Source: a bacterium
GTDB lineage: Bacteria; Patescibacteriota; Microgenomatia; UBA12405
Reading direction: 5' to 3'
Length of the DNA: 51,895 nucleotides
Assembly: GCA_029561175.1 (NCBI GenBank)
Contig: JAKQJL010000041.1
Location: 1 to 51,895 of the forward strand
In this document: positions 15,372-24,431 of the stretch, piece by piece
Numbering within the stretch: position 1 is the first letter of the stretch
Layout of the letters: the number at the start of each line of letters is the position of its first letter
Position numbers and translations under genes: made by a program
The notes under the pieces: generated by a model
Databases searched by the model: none
What the model saw: only the letters and a program-made list of their open reading frames with translations
What the model was told of the DNA's origin: nothing

Positions 15372-15445
15372 GAGTCTGTAGCTCAGTTGGTTAGAGCGTT
15401 TCATTGACATTGAAAAGGTCGGAGGTCCGAGTCCTCCCAGACTCA
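15372..15445 (+). tRNA. tRNA-Val(GAC)
   Basis: GAGTCTGTAGCTCAGTTGGTTAGAGCG; anticodon arm TTTCA/TTGACAT/TGAAA; acceptor GAGTCTG/CAGACTC-A. Confidence 0.9.
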
Positions 15446-15481
15446 CGTATAACTAAGAAACTTTACTATTACCCTTATATA

Positions 15482-15490
15482 TGATATTAT
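15482..15490 (+). promoter_or_regulatory. Extended -10 box 6 nt upstream of a start codon
   Basis: TGaTATTAT, hexamer 15485-15490; ATG at 15497. Confidence 0.45.
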
Positions 15491-15496
15491 AGGTCT

Positions 15497-15931
15497 ATGA
15501 ATACAACTCAAGAAAAATTTGACTCAACTAATAGTGTTATAAACATAGTTTTCGAACCTTTATGTAGACAAGTAAATCAGCCACCACGTGTAACAGAACC
15601 TAATATGAACCACATTCTCCCTGAAGCCACTGAAGGAACATTAACTGAATTAAGAGAACAATTATTTGATCAAGCAAAACAAGCTAATATCATAACTGCT
15701 GATGTAGCAAAAGGTATGTCAGAATTTGCTGCTGGAGCCGCAACTGTTATTACAGCTGCAAAAACCAAAGATCCAGTTGCTACAGTTCTTACTTTTTTCA
15801 TCTCATTTACATTCTTTTCCCCACTTATCGAAGGACTTTCTCATATGGCTATGGACCCTGCTAAAGAATTTCTACAACGACAAGCCGCTAAAAAACTCAT
15901 GAGATGTGAAGGAATAAAAGTGATAGAATAA
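15497..15931 (+). CDS. Hypothetical protein with one or two hydrophobic segments
   Basis: ORF track 144 aa; AAGAATVITAA...VATVLTFFISFTFFSPLI. No family recognised. Confidence 0.45.
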   Translation: MNTTQEKFDSTNSVINIVFEPLCRQVNQPPRVTEPNMNHILPEATEGTLTELREQLFDQAKQANIITADVAKGMSEFAAGAATVITAAKTKDPVATVLTFFISFTFFSPLIEGLSHMAMDPAKEFLQRQAAKKLMRCEGIKVIE

Positions 15932-15960
15932 CCCAATGTTTTTCTTAAACACTACTATAT

Positions 15961-15983
15961 TGCCCAACAGGGCATAGTTTTTT
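15961..15983 (+). terminator. Weak intrinsic terminator
   Basis: TGCCC-AACA-GGGCA followed by TAGTTTTTT. Confidence 0.4.
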
Positions 15984-16037
15984 CCTTACCTTGTTTGGGC
16001 TGTCTTTTTTTCTTTTTATTAACTTATAATTCCTATT

Positions 16038-17807
16038 ATGTCTAATCAAAATTCAGATCAACTTCACCAAATTCGTCATTCAGCTGAGCATATTCTTACT
16101 CAAGCTATGATTCGCCTTTATGGCCCCGATAAATTTTTTATGGCCATGGGTCCGGCTACCGATGATGGTTTTTATTTTGACTTCGAACCTTTAAACGATT
16201 TTAAAATTTCTGAAGAAGATTTCCCAAAAATCGAAGCCGAAATGGTCAAAATTGTTAAAGAAAACCTCCCTATCACTAAATCCGAGATTTCTCTAGATGA
16301 AGCCAAAAAATTATTTTCTTCTAACCCTTACAAAATCGAGTGGCTCGAAAGTATTACCAATCGCGAAGAAGTTATTACCATCTATACCACCGGCCAAGAA
16401 TTTTTTGATCTTTGTGCGGGCCCTCACGTTAACAGTACCAGCGAAGTCAAAGCCATTAAATTATTATCCATTGCTGGTGCCTATTGGCATGGTGATGAGA
16501 AAAATAAAATGCTTACTCGCATTTATGGCACCGCCTTCGATAGCAAAGAAGAACTAGAAAAATATTTATTCATACTTGAAGAAGCCAAACGTCGCGATCA
16601 CCGTATCATTGGCAAAAATCAAAAACTATTCACTATCTCCAACTTAATCGGAGCTGGTTTACCTCTTCTTCAACCAAAAGGTATGATTCTTCGCCAAGAA
16701 ATCGAAAATTATCTTTGGGATATCCATAAAAATAAGGGTTATCAAAGAGTTTGGACACCTCACATCACCAAAGAAGCTCTCTATGTAACATCAGGTCATG
16801 CAGAAAAATTTGGCGACAACATTTTTCGTGTTCAGGGTAAGGAAGAGAAATTTTTCATGAAACCCATGAATTGTCCTCACCACATGCAGATCTTTACTGA
16901 CAACCAATTTAGTTATCGCGACATGCCAGTTCGTTATTTTGAGCCAGCCACCGTCTATCGAGATGAAAAAACCGGTGAATTATCTGGTCTAACCAGAGTT
17001 CGCTCGATTACTCAAGATGATGGCCACTTATTTTGTCGAGTCTCTCAATTAGAAGATGAAATTTCTTCAATAGTTTCCATCATTAAAGAATTCTTTGGTA
17101 CCATGGGTATGCTTGACGGCTATTGGGTAAGATTGTCCGTACGCGGACCAAACGGTAAATATCTCGGTACTGATGAAGTTTGGCAAAAAGCTGAAGCTGC
17201 TTTAAAAAACGTCTCTGAGAGAGAAAATCTACCATATAAAATTGGTATTGATGAAGCTGCTTTTTATGGACCAAAACTAGATTTCATGTTTAAAGATGCT
17301 ATTGGTCGTGAATGGCAATTATCCACTATTCAATGCGACTTCAATCTTCCAGAAAGATTTGATCTGACTTTTATTAACGAGAAAGGTGAAAAAGAAAGAC
17401 CAGTTGTTATTCATCGTGCCATTTCTGGTTCATTAGAAAGATTTTTGGGTGTCATGATTGAACATTTTGCTGGAGCTTTCCCTGTTTGGCTTAGCCCAGT
17501 TCAAGCCAAAATTATTCCCATTACCGATGCTCAGCATGAATATGCCAATCAAGTTTTAGCACAATTAAAAGAGCAGGGGATTCGAGCCGAAGTTGATGAT
17601 CGTTCCGAAAAAATGCAGGCTAAAATTCGCGACGCTCAATTAGAAAAAATTCCATTTATGTTAGTAATTGGCGGCCGCGAAGCCGAAAGTAATGCCGTCG
17701 CTGTTCGCCAAAGAGACGGTCAAGACCTCGGAGCTATTCCCGTTAGTGATTTTATTGCCAAAATTAAGGACTTAATTAACACAAAATCACTTAATCTGAT
17801 AAAATAA
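16038..17807 (+). CDS. thrS: Threonine--tRNA ligase (no N-terminal TGS domain)
   Basis: Begins at the editing/SAD region (HQIRHSAEHIL). Class II core FFMKPMNCPHH, YRDE..GELSGLTRVR, QDDGH. Anticodon-binding C-terminus. Confidence 0.92.
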   Translation: MSNQNSDQLHQIRHSAEHILTQAMIRLYGPDKFFMAMGPATDDGFYFDFEPLNDFKISEEDFPKIEAEMVKIVKENLPITKSEISLDEAKKLFSSNPYKIEWLESITNREEVITIYTTGQEFFDLCAGPHVNSTSEVKAIKLLSIAGAYWHGDEKNKMLTRIYGTAFDSKEELEKYLFILEEAKRRDHRIIGKNQKLFTISNLIGAGLPLLQPKGMILRQEIENYLWDIHKNKGYQRVWTPHITKEALYVTSGHAEKFGDNIFRVQGKEEKFFMKPMNCPHHMQIFTDNQFSYRDMPVRYFEPATVYRDEKTGELSGLTRVRSITQDDGHLFCRVSQLEDEISSIVSIIKEFFGTMGMLDGYWVRLSVRGPNGKYLGTDEVWQKAEAALKNVSERENLPYKIGIDEAAFYGPKLDFMFKDAIGREWQLSTIQCDFNLPERFDLTFINEKGEKERPVVIHRAISGSLERFLGVMIEHFAGAFPVWLSPVQAKIIPITDAQHEYANQVLAQLKEQGIRAEVDDRSEKMQAKIRDAQLEKIPFMLVIGGREAESNAVAVRQRDGQDLGAIPVSDFIAKIKDLINTKSLNLIK

Positions 17808-17814
17808 ACCATCA

Positions 17815-18360
17815 ATGGCCACTTATCGAAATCAAACTCAAAATAAAAAGTTCTATCGAACCAACCAGTATATTACTGCCACCGAAGTTCGTTTAGTTGA
17901 CGATGAAGCTAAACAAATCGGAGTTGTTTCCATGACTGAAGCTCGTCGAATGTCACAAGAAACCGGCCTAGATTTGGTCGAAATTGCTCCCATGGCCAAA
18001 CCACCCGTTGTCAAGCTAATTGAATTTACCAAATTTAAATATCAGGAAGCTAAAAAGCTTAAATCCGAGAAAAAAGGTATTAAAGGTGGGGAAACCAAAG
18101 AGATCCAAACTACCCCTTTTGTATCTGAAAACGACTTCGAAACCGCCATCAACAAGGCAAGAAAATTTTTGACCTCTGGAAATAAAGTTAAATTAAGTAT
18201 AAAATTCCAAGGTCGCCAAATTCAAAAGGTAGAATTTGGTCATCAGCTAATCGATCGATTCAAATCGAAATTAGAAGACATTGCCTCTCCGGAAGGCGAA
18301 GCCAAGTTAATTGGTAAAAGATTGCTCTTTACTTTATCACCGGTTAAAAAGAAATCTTAA
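17815..18360 (+). CDS. infC: Translation initiation factor IF-3
   Basis: NQYITATEVRLVDDEAKQIGVVSMTEARRMSQETGLDLVEIAPMAKPPVVKLIEFTKFKY. ATG start. Confidence 0.92.
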   Translation: MATYRNQTQNKKFYRTNQYITATEVRLVDDEAKQIGVVSMTEARRMSQETGLDLVEIAPMAKPPVVKLIEFTKFKYQEAKKLKSEKKGIKGGETKEIQTTPFVSENDFETAINKARKFLTSGNKVKLSIKFQGRQIQKVEFGHQLIDRFKSKLEDIASPEGEAKLIGKRLLFTLSPVKKKS

Positions 18361-18361
18361 A

Positions 18362-18571
18362 ATGAAACAAGCTAGTAAAAAACTAAAAATCAGAAAGTCG
18401 GTTGCCAACCGATTTGAAGTTACCAAAAACGGTAAAGTTCTTTGCCGTTCTGCATTTGATCGTCATTTACGACGAAAAAAATCCAAAAAACAACTTCGAC
18501 GTCTTAAAGGTAAAAAAACCGTTCTAGGTAGATTTGCATTAAAGGTTCGACAAATGTTAGGTAAAGCCTAA
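18362..18571 (+). CDS. rpmI: 50S ribosomal protein L35
   Basis: MKQASKKLKIRKSVANRFEVTKNGKV... The start was moved to the internal ATG at 18362, because the ORF-track start at 18311 overlaps the infC 3' end. Confidence 0.88.
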   Translation: MKQASKKLKIRKSVANRFEVTKNGKVLCRSAFDRHLRRKKSKKQLRRLKGKKTVLGRFALKVRQMLGKA

Positions 18572-18579
18572 TTAAAACT

Positions 18580-18921
18580 ATGAGAGTAAAAACAGGAGTC
18601 GTTAGAAGACAACATCACAAAAAAGTCATCAAAGCCGCTAAAGGTTTTTGGATGGAGCGAAATCGCCGTTTTAAACCAGCTCATGAAGCTGTTTTACATT
18701 CCGGTCAATATGCTTACAATGGCCGCCGAATTAAACGTCGTGATTTCCGAAAATTATGGATAATTCGTATCAATGCTGCTTTAACATCATTTGATCTTAG
18801 TTATTCAAAATTCATCAGCAAATTAAAAGCTAATAAAATCGATCTTAATCGCAAAATGTTAGCCGAAATCGCTGTTAAAGATCCCGCTACTTTTAAATCC
18901 ATCTTTACTTCCTTAAAATAA
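18580..18921 (+). CDS. rplT: 50S ribosomal protein L20
   Basis: MRVKTGVVRRQHHKKVIKAAKGFWM...YAYNGRRIKRRDFRKLWIIRINAA. Confidence 0.93.
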   Translation: MRVKTGVVRRQHHKKVIKAAKGFWMERNRRFKPAHEAVLHSGQYAYNGRRIKRRDFRKLWIIRINAALTSFDLSYSKFISKLKANKIDLNRKMLAEIAVKDPATFKSIFTSLK

Positions 18922-18924
18922 AGA

Positions 18925-18944
18925 CCTGCCTGCCGGCAGGCAGG
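18925..18944. repeat. Perfect 20-nt GC-rich palindrome
   Basis: CCTGCCTGCCGGCAGGCAGG. Starts 4 nt after the rplT stop and sits upstream of a separate canonical terminator. Confidence 0.8.
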
Positions 18945-18964
18945 GGGACTTTCCTATAAAAAAC

Positions 18965-18991
18965 AAAAAGCCCCTTAAAGGGGGCTTTTTT
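18965..18991 (+). terminator. Canonical rho-independent terminator (bidirectional A-tract/T-tract)
   Basis: AAAAAGCCCC-TTAAAG-GGGGCTTTTTT. Confidence 0.85.
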
Positions 18992-19008
18992 AATATAATA
19001 GACAAGAT

Positions 19009-19992
19009 ATGAAACTTGAAGAAATAAAATTAGAAATCGATTCTTGTCAAACTAGTACTGATCTGGAAAATACTCGCATTAAATATCTCGGTCGCTCTGG
19101 CCTAATTAATGCTGAATTTTCTAAAATTAAAACTGCTGCCGACCCCAAAGCTTTTGGTTTGGAACTAAATAAACTAAAAAACGATGTTGAAAATTTAATT
19201 ACTGAAAAATCCCAAACCGTTGAATCAATAATAAATGATAAACAAAAATCTGGTTTACCCGCCGTAGCCTTGGCGAAGGTGGGACATCTTCATCCTCTAA
19301 CCGCCACCGAAAGACAATTAAATGAAGTTTTTAGGAAATTAGGTTTTTCAATTTATCATAGCCCTGAAATAGTTACTGACGAATATAATTTTGAACGCCT
19401 CAATGTTCCTTCCAACCATCCTGCTCGTGACATGCAAGACAGCATTTACATCAAAGAGCCTCAGGTTTTACTTCGAACTCAAACCTCAACTATCGAATCA
19501 TATTTATTAGCCAACCACCAACCACCATTTCGAGCCGCTTTTCCAGGTAGTGTCTATCGAAACGAAAAAGTTAATCGCAGCAACCATTTTATTTTTCACC
19601 AATATCAAGCTGTAGTCGTTGAAAAAGGTGTTACCATGAAAGATTTAATTGGAACTATGGACCTAATGTTTAAAACACTTTATGGCCCAGAAGTAGTTGT
19701 TCGTTATCGTTGTAAATACTATCCTGAAGTTGAACCCGGCGTTGGTCCAGATATGCAATGTTTTAAATGTCATGGTGCCGGTTGCCCTTTATGCAAATAC
19801 GCCGGCTGGATTGAAATGGGAGGCAGTGGCATGATTCACCCTAATGTTTTAAAGAAAGCCAATATCGATCCTAAAATTTATCAAGGTTTTGCTTTTGGTA
19901 TGGGTTTAGATCGTTGGACTATGGCTCAAAATAATATTTCTGATATTCGCACCCTCATGGGTGGCAATCTCGCTTACAAACCAAATAAATAA
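19009..19992 (+). CDS. pheS: Phenylalanine--tRNA ligase alpha subunit
   Basis: GHLHPLT, HPARDMQDS, LLRTQTS, Zn-knuckle CFKCHGAGCPLCKYAGWIEMGGSGMIHPNVL, and FGMGLDR. Confidence 0.92.
   Translation: MKLEEIKLEIDSCQTSTDLENTRIKYLGRSGLINAEFSKIKTAADPKAFGLELNKLKNDVENLITEKSQTVESIINDKQKSGLPAVALAKVGHLHPLTATERQLNEVFRKLGFSIYHSPEIVTDEYNFERLNVPSNHPARDMQDSIYIKEPQVLLRTQTSTIESYLLANHQPPFRAAFPGSVYRNEKVNRSNHFIFHQYQAVVVEKGVTMKDLIGTMDLMFKTLYGPEVVVRYRCKYYPEVEPGVGPDMQCFKCHGAGCPLCKYAGWIEMGGSGMIHPNVLKKANIDPKIYQGFAFGMGLDRWTMAQNNISDIRTLMGGNLAYKPNK
19252..19283 (+). repeat. In-frame GC-rich segment similar to the tRNA spacer element at 3975-4006
   Basis: GGTTTACCCGCCGTAGCCTTGGCGAAGGTGGG encodes GLPAVALAKVG in pheS. It shares a 12-nt exact block GGTTTACCCGCC, plus GCGAAGG.GGG, with 3975-4006. 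Confidence 0.35.
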
Positions 19993-19994
19993 TT

Positions 19995-21764
19995 ATGAAA
20001 CTAATTTATAGCGAACTTCAAAAATTTCTGCCTGATTTAAACATTGAGCCTCAAAAGCTTCGCGATGATTTAACCATGATTGGTCATTTTTGCAATTTTT
20101 ATGAAAAGATTGACGATCAAATCGTTTTCGATTTAGATATCAAAGTCAATCGTGGCGACTGCTTGGGTTATTACGGTATTGCTCGCGATTTATCAGTTCT
20201 CTATCATTTAGACTTAAGTTCCACCGATTACCAATGTCCTAGTTCAAACTATCAATTGCCAATTGTTATTTCAACCTCCAACGTTACCCGAGTAATGGCA
20301 GCTAAAATTGTCCACTTAAAAAATGGTCCTTCTCCATCTTGGCTCCAATCATTTTTAAAACTCCATGGAGTAAATTCAATCAATACTTTAGTGGATCTTA
20401 CCAACTATATTATGTTTTTGTATGGAACTCCCTGTCACGCTTTTGATACCGCCAAATCTACCGATCATTTAATTTGGGAAATGAATCCCAAATACACTGA
20501 ATTTACCAGCTTAGATAAAACTGTTTTAAAAGTAGATCCTTCGGTTTTAATGATAAATAGCCCAAATCGGGCTTTAAGCTTAAGTTTCTGGGGAGGGGAG
20601 TTTTGTGCTATCAACAACTCAACCACCGATACCATTGTTGAGCTAGCCGTCTACCACCCAACCACCGTGCGTCAAAACAGTCGACTGCTTAAAGCCACCA
20701 CTGAAGCCAGTATTCGTTTGGAAAAATCTCTTGACCCAAATTTAATTCCTCAAGCTTTTCAGCATCTTCTAAAATTAATATTTGAAAATTGTGGTGGTCT
20801 TATTGGCTCACAAGTATTTGATTATTATCCAAACCCAAAAGATATTCAGCCAATCGATTATGATTTTAATTATCCTAGCCTTTATTCTGGAATTGAAATC
20901 TCTCCGGATTTTGGCATTAATTGCTTAACCAAACTTGGTTGTTTAATCACTGATAATCAGGTAACTCCTCCATCAATTAGAAAAGATCTTAATATCTCTG
21001 AAGATCTTACCGAAGAAATTGTTAGATTCTATGGATATCAAAACATCCCTACCAATCAACCTCTGGCTTTTAAAGAAGTTCAAAACATTACTCCGCCGGT
21101 GCTTTATCTAATCGACTCTCTTAAAGATCAATTAGTTGATTTAGGCTACGACGAAGTCTTATCTTGGCCTTTAACCAAACTACCAATTAACCCAGAAACT
21201 GCCATTTACACTCAGAACTCAATTAATTCCGAGTATCCTGTTCTTCGTCAAAGTATTATTCAATCACTTCAAAACCAGTTAGACCAATATTCTCGTTTTA
21301 AACTACCTACTCCCCAATTCTTTGAAATTGGAAAAATCTATTTTAAAAAAGATAATTTATACCAAGAACACTATTCTCTTGGCATCTATCATCCTTCTTC
21401 TAATCAACTTGAAAATGATTTGAAAAAACTAAACTTAACCGCCACTGTTACCAATAATTTTGCTGAAATAATTCTTGATAATTTAGAATCTCTTCCTACT
21501 TATGTTCCTCAGCATTTAGCTACCCAAGCAATTGAATTAAATTCTCAAATCATTACTCTCGATGCCAACATTGCTCTCGATCAACCCCAAGATCCATTAA
21601 CCTTAATTAACCAATATCAAAATTTAATTGACCCTAAAATTCTTTGGTCAATTTCTATCATTGATGTTTATCAAAATCGCTATACTTTCCGAGTAAATTA
21701 TTATAACTGCGACGATAAAACTGCTAAAAAAATCCACTTAGCAGTCTTCAAGCTCGAGTGCTAA
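19995..21764 (+). CDS. pheT: Phenylalanine--tRNA ligase beta subunit, short form
   Basis: Position immediately after pheS. B3/4 and B5-like segments (NRGDCLGYYGIARDL, INTLVDLTNYIM). 589 aa, compared with about 800 aa in canonical PheT. Confidence 0.8.
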   Translation: MKLIYSELQKFLPDLNIEPQKLRDDLTMIGHFCNFYEKIDDQIVFDLDIKVNRGDCLGYYGIARDLSVLYHLDLSSTDYQCPSSNYQLPIVISTSNVTRVMAAKIVHLKNGPSPSWLQSFLKLHGVNSINTLVDLTNYIMFLYGTPCHAFDTAKSTDHLIWEMNPKYTEFTSLDKTVLKVDPSVLMINSPNRALSLSFWGGEFCAINNSTTDTIVELAVYHPTTVRQNSRLLKATTEASIRLEKSLDPNLIPQAFQHLLKLIFENCGGLIGSQVFDYYPNPKDIQPIDYDFNYPSLYSGIEISPDFGINCLTKLGCLITDNQVTPPSIRKDLNISEDLTEEIVRFYGYQNIPTNQPLAFKEVQNITPPVLYLIDSLKDQLVDLGYDEVLSWPLTKLPINPETAIYTQNSINSEYPVLRQSIIQSLQNQLDQYSRFKLPTPQFFEIGKIYFKKDNLYQEHYSLGIYHPSSNQLENDLKKLNLTATVTNNFAEIILDNLESLPTYVPQHLATQAIELNSQIITLDANIALDQPQDPLTLINQYQNLIDPKILWSISIIDVYQNRYTFRVNYYNCDDKTAKKIHLAVFKLEC

Positions 21765-21794
21765 TATATATATCAAATTAGTTTAATCCTATCT

Positions 21795-24431
21795 TTACGG
21801 ACTACTTGTGATTGTTGGTGTAACAGAAGGTATCAAAGTAGGTGTAATTACCACAGTTGGAGTTGGGGTTGGAGTCATTGTCGGTGTTGGAGCCGGAGTC
21901 CAATCCCAAGCTACATTAGTTCCAACTTTAATTTCCCTCTCGCCACTATTCCCATCTTTATCAATTGCCCTAATCTTTAAAGTGTGAACTCCATCGGCTA
22001 AATTAATTTCAGTTTCAAATGGTTTATCATTCCACACCTTAACCTCATTTCCATCAACCCACAATTTGACCTCAGTCACTTTTTTTAAGTTATCAGTTTT
22101 AATCTTAACGCTAACTTGATTACCAGTAGTCTGGCGGTCTGATGGTGAGTCAAAATTAACCACTAACAAGCCACCACTCCGACAGTATCCTTCAGGTGGA
22201 TAATAACTATCTTTATTTGACTGTTGACTCACCCAACCATCGATACCTTCTTGCCAACGATTTTTTCCATCTTTAGATACTGGATCATCCTCTTTAATTC
22301 TAAAATACTCACTTTCATTGTAATTACCATTTGCTATATCTTCAGGAGTTGCCAATCCAGCTTTATCCTTACAAACTTTCATTTTTAAATGAATTGGATC
22401 ATTAATCTTTGGTTGCATGCCATCGATAAAATAATCTTGCTTGGCCGCAAAACCATCGTGAGAGTTGTAACCCGAAACCTTATCTACTTCAACACTAACA
22501 ATTTTGTCAGGAATCGGAAAATCCTGCTTTGGTCTGGTTTTTACTAATTCAGTCATAATTCTTTTCCAAATCGGTGAAGCTCCAGACACACCCGAAGCCA
22601 CCTTAAGCATTGCTGTATTATCATTATTTCCCACCCACACCGCTGTCAACACATTTGGAGTCCAACCAATTGCCCAGTTATCTTTCTTATCGTTGGTAGT
22701 ACCTGTTTTTACTGCCACCTGATAATTTGGAATAATCAATCCATTAACTGCTCCAAAAGTTAATTCTCGAGCTGAATTATCCGCTAAGATATTAGAAATC
22801 AAAAATGCTTCTTGAGGTGACATTACTTGTTTACCCTCAATTTGTCGATATTCTTCTAAAACCTTACCACTCTTATCTTCAACTTTTAACACTGCTGCCA
22901 TTTCTGGTAATTTTCCTTGATTAGCAAAACTACAATAACCTCTAGCTAAATCAATCATCCTTACTTCAGCGCCTCCCAAAGTTACTGCAAAACCATATCT
23001 TTTTAAATTTTCCGGAGTTGGTTCTAAAGTTGTTAAGCCCATCTCAAAAGCTTGTTTAAGCATATTTTCTACTCCCACTTGAGCTAAAAGCTTAACTGCA
23101 ATCGTATTAATCGAATTTCCTAAAGCATTTCTCAAAGACATTGGACCATTAAACTTACCATTGTAATTTTGAGGGCTGTAATCTTTTTGACCAGGGATTG
23201 GAAATGATACCGGAGTATCCATAATCATAGTTGATGGCGACATTCCTCGTCTTAAAGCCATCAAATAAGTAATTGGTTTAATTGCCGATCCTGGTTGTCT
23301 TAAAGCTTGAGTCACCACATTAAAACGACCTTCAGTTTTATCACTGTTGTAACCTCTCGAACCCACCATTGCCAACACTTGACCATTAGTTGGATCCATC
23401 ACCACTGCTGCTCCGTTTGAAATTCCCATTTTCTCAGCTTTATCAATTTCCTCTGAAACAATTTGCTGAGTTTTTTCTTGAATTTTAAGATCTAAGCTAG
23501 TAGTAACTTTTAAGCCACCACCCTCAACCATTTCATCACCATATTTCTCTGCCAAAATATCTTTAACCCAAAAAACAAAATGAGGTGCCGCCAATTTAGA
23601 AGTGTTTTCATAAAATTTAAAATTTTTCACTTCTTCCAGAGTAGTCTTTGCCACTTCTTGGCTAATATAACCATCTTCTACCATTCGATTAATTACATGA
23701 GCCGATCGATCAACATAAGCTTTAGGAGTTTTTGAAAAAGGGGAGTAAGTATTCGGTCTTTGTGGTAAACCAGCTAAAATTACCGATTCGGTTAGCGACA
23801 AATCTTTTACTTTTTTTCCAAAATATTGTTCTGCAGCTGCCCCAACTCCTCGAGCCGAACCACCATAAGGAACCTCATTTAAATACATCAATAAAATCTC
23901 GCTCTTTTTATATTTAGCTTCAATTTGAACCGCCAAAATAAACTCACGAATTTTTCGGGTTACACTTCTTTCTGAAGTTAGTAATACATTTTTTACCAAT
24001 TGCTGAGTTAAAGTTGAGCCTCCGGTCAGTTTCTTAAACACAAAAACGTTTTTAACCATTCTTAACGGCGTTAATATGTCGAAACCTTGATGCTTGTAAA
24101 AATCTTTATCTTCAACAGCTACCGTAGCATTTTTTAGACTATCTGGTATTTCTTCCCACACCACCGGCATAATTTTTGCATCTTTATAAACGTCATAAAT
24201 TACCTCACCATTCCGGTCTAAAATTCTGGTTGAAAAACCATCCCGACGAACCACTTTATTGGGAGATGGTAAATCTTTACTAAACCAAGCAAAAATTACT
24301 AAAAATAAAAAATAGATACTCAATATTCCCACTAAACTTCCAAAAAACAATCGATACCAAAACTTCTTAGATTTTGTTTTTAACTTCATTGACAACCACC
24401 AACATTTTATTAATTCTATAAAACGATTCAT
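21795..24431 (-). CDS. Class A penicillin-binding protein (glycosyltransferase plus transpeptidase) with a C-terminal Ig-like domain and PT-rich tail
   Basis: GT51 motifs EDKDFYKHQGFD and GGSTLTQQL. TPase motifs SAIKP (SxxK), SIN (SxN) and KTGTT. C-terminus TPAPTPTMTPTPTPTVVITPT. Confidence 0.9.
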   Translation of the reverse strand: MNRFIELIKCWWLSMKLKTKSKKFWYRLFFGSLVGILSIYFLFLVIFAWFSKDLPSPNKVVRRDGFSTRILDRNGEVIYDVYKDAKIMPVVWEEIPDSLKNATVAVEDKDFYKHQGFDILTPLRMVKNVFVFKKLTGGSTLTQQLVKNVLLTSERSVTRKIREFILAVQIEAKYKKSEILLMYLNEVPYGGSARGVGAAAEQYFGKKVKDLSLTESVILAGLPQRPNTYSPFSKTPKAYVDRSAHVINRMVEDGYISQEVAKTTLEEVKNFKFYENTSKLAAPHFVFWVKDILAEKYGDEMVEGGGLKVTTSLDLKIQEKTQQIVSEEIDKAEKMGISNGAAVVMDPTNGQVLAMVGSRGYNSDKTEGRFNVVTQALRQPGSAIKPITYLMALRRGMSPSTMIMDTPVSFPIPGQKDYSPQNYNGKFNGPMSLRNALGNSINTIAVKLLAQVGVENMLKQAFEMGLTTLEPTPENLKRYGFAVTLGGAEVRMIDLARGYCSFANQGKLPEMAAVLKVEDKSGKVLEEYRQIEGKQVMSPQEAFLISNILADNSARELTFGAVNGLIIPNYQVAVKTGTTNDKKDNWAIGWTPNVLTAVWVGNNDNTAMLKVASGVSGASPIWKRIMTELVKTRPKQDFPIPDKIVSVEVDKVSGYNSHDGFAAKQDYFIDGMQPKINDPIHLKMKVCKDKAGLATPEDIANGNYNESEYFRIKEDDPVSKDGKNRWQEGIDGWVSQQSNKDSYYPPEGYCRSGGLLVVNFDSPSDRQTTGNQVSVKIKTDNLKKVTEVKLWVDGNEVKVWNDKPFETEINLADGVHTLKIRAIDKDGNSGEREIKVGTNVAWDWTPAPTPTMTPTPTPTVVITPTLIPSVTPTITSSP

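Noticed and set aside
15932-16037. T-box or operator-type leader upstream of thrS
   Set aside because: The region is only ~105 nt. It is largely occupied by the terminator of the upstream gene, and a TATAAT box lies 7 nt from the thrS ATG. No specifier or T-box sequence is visible.
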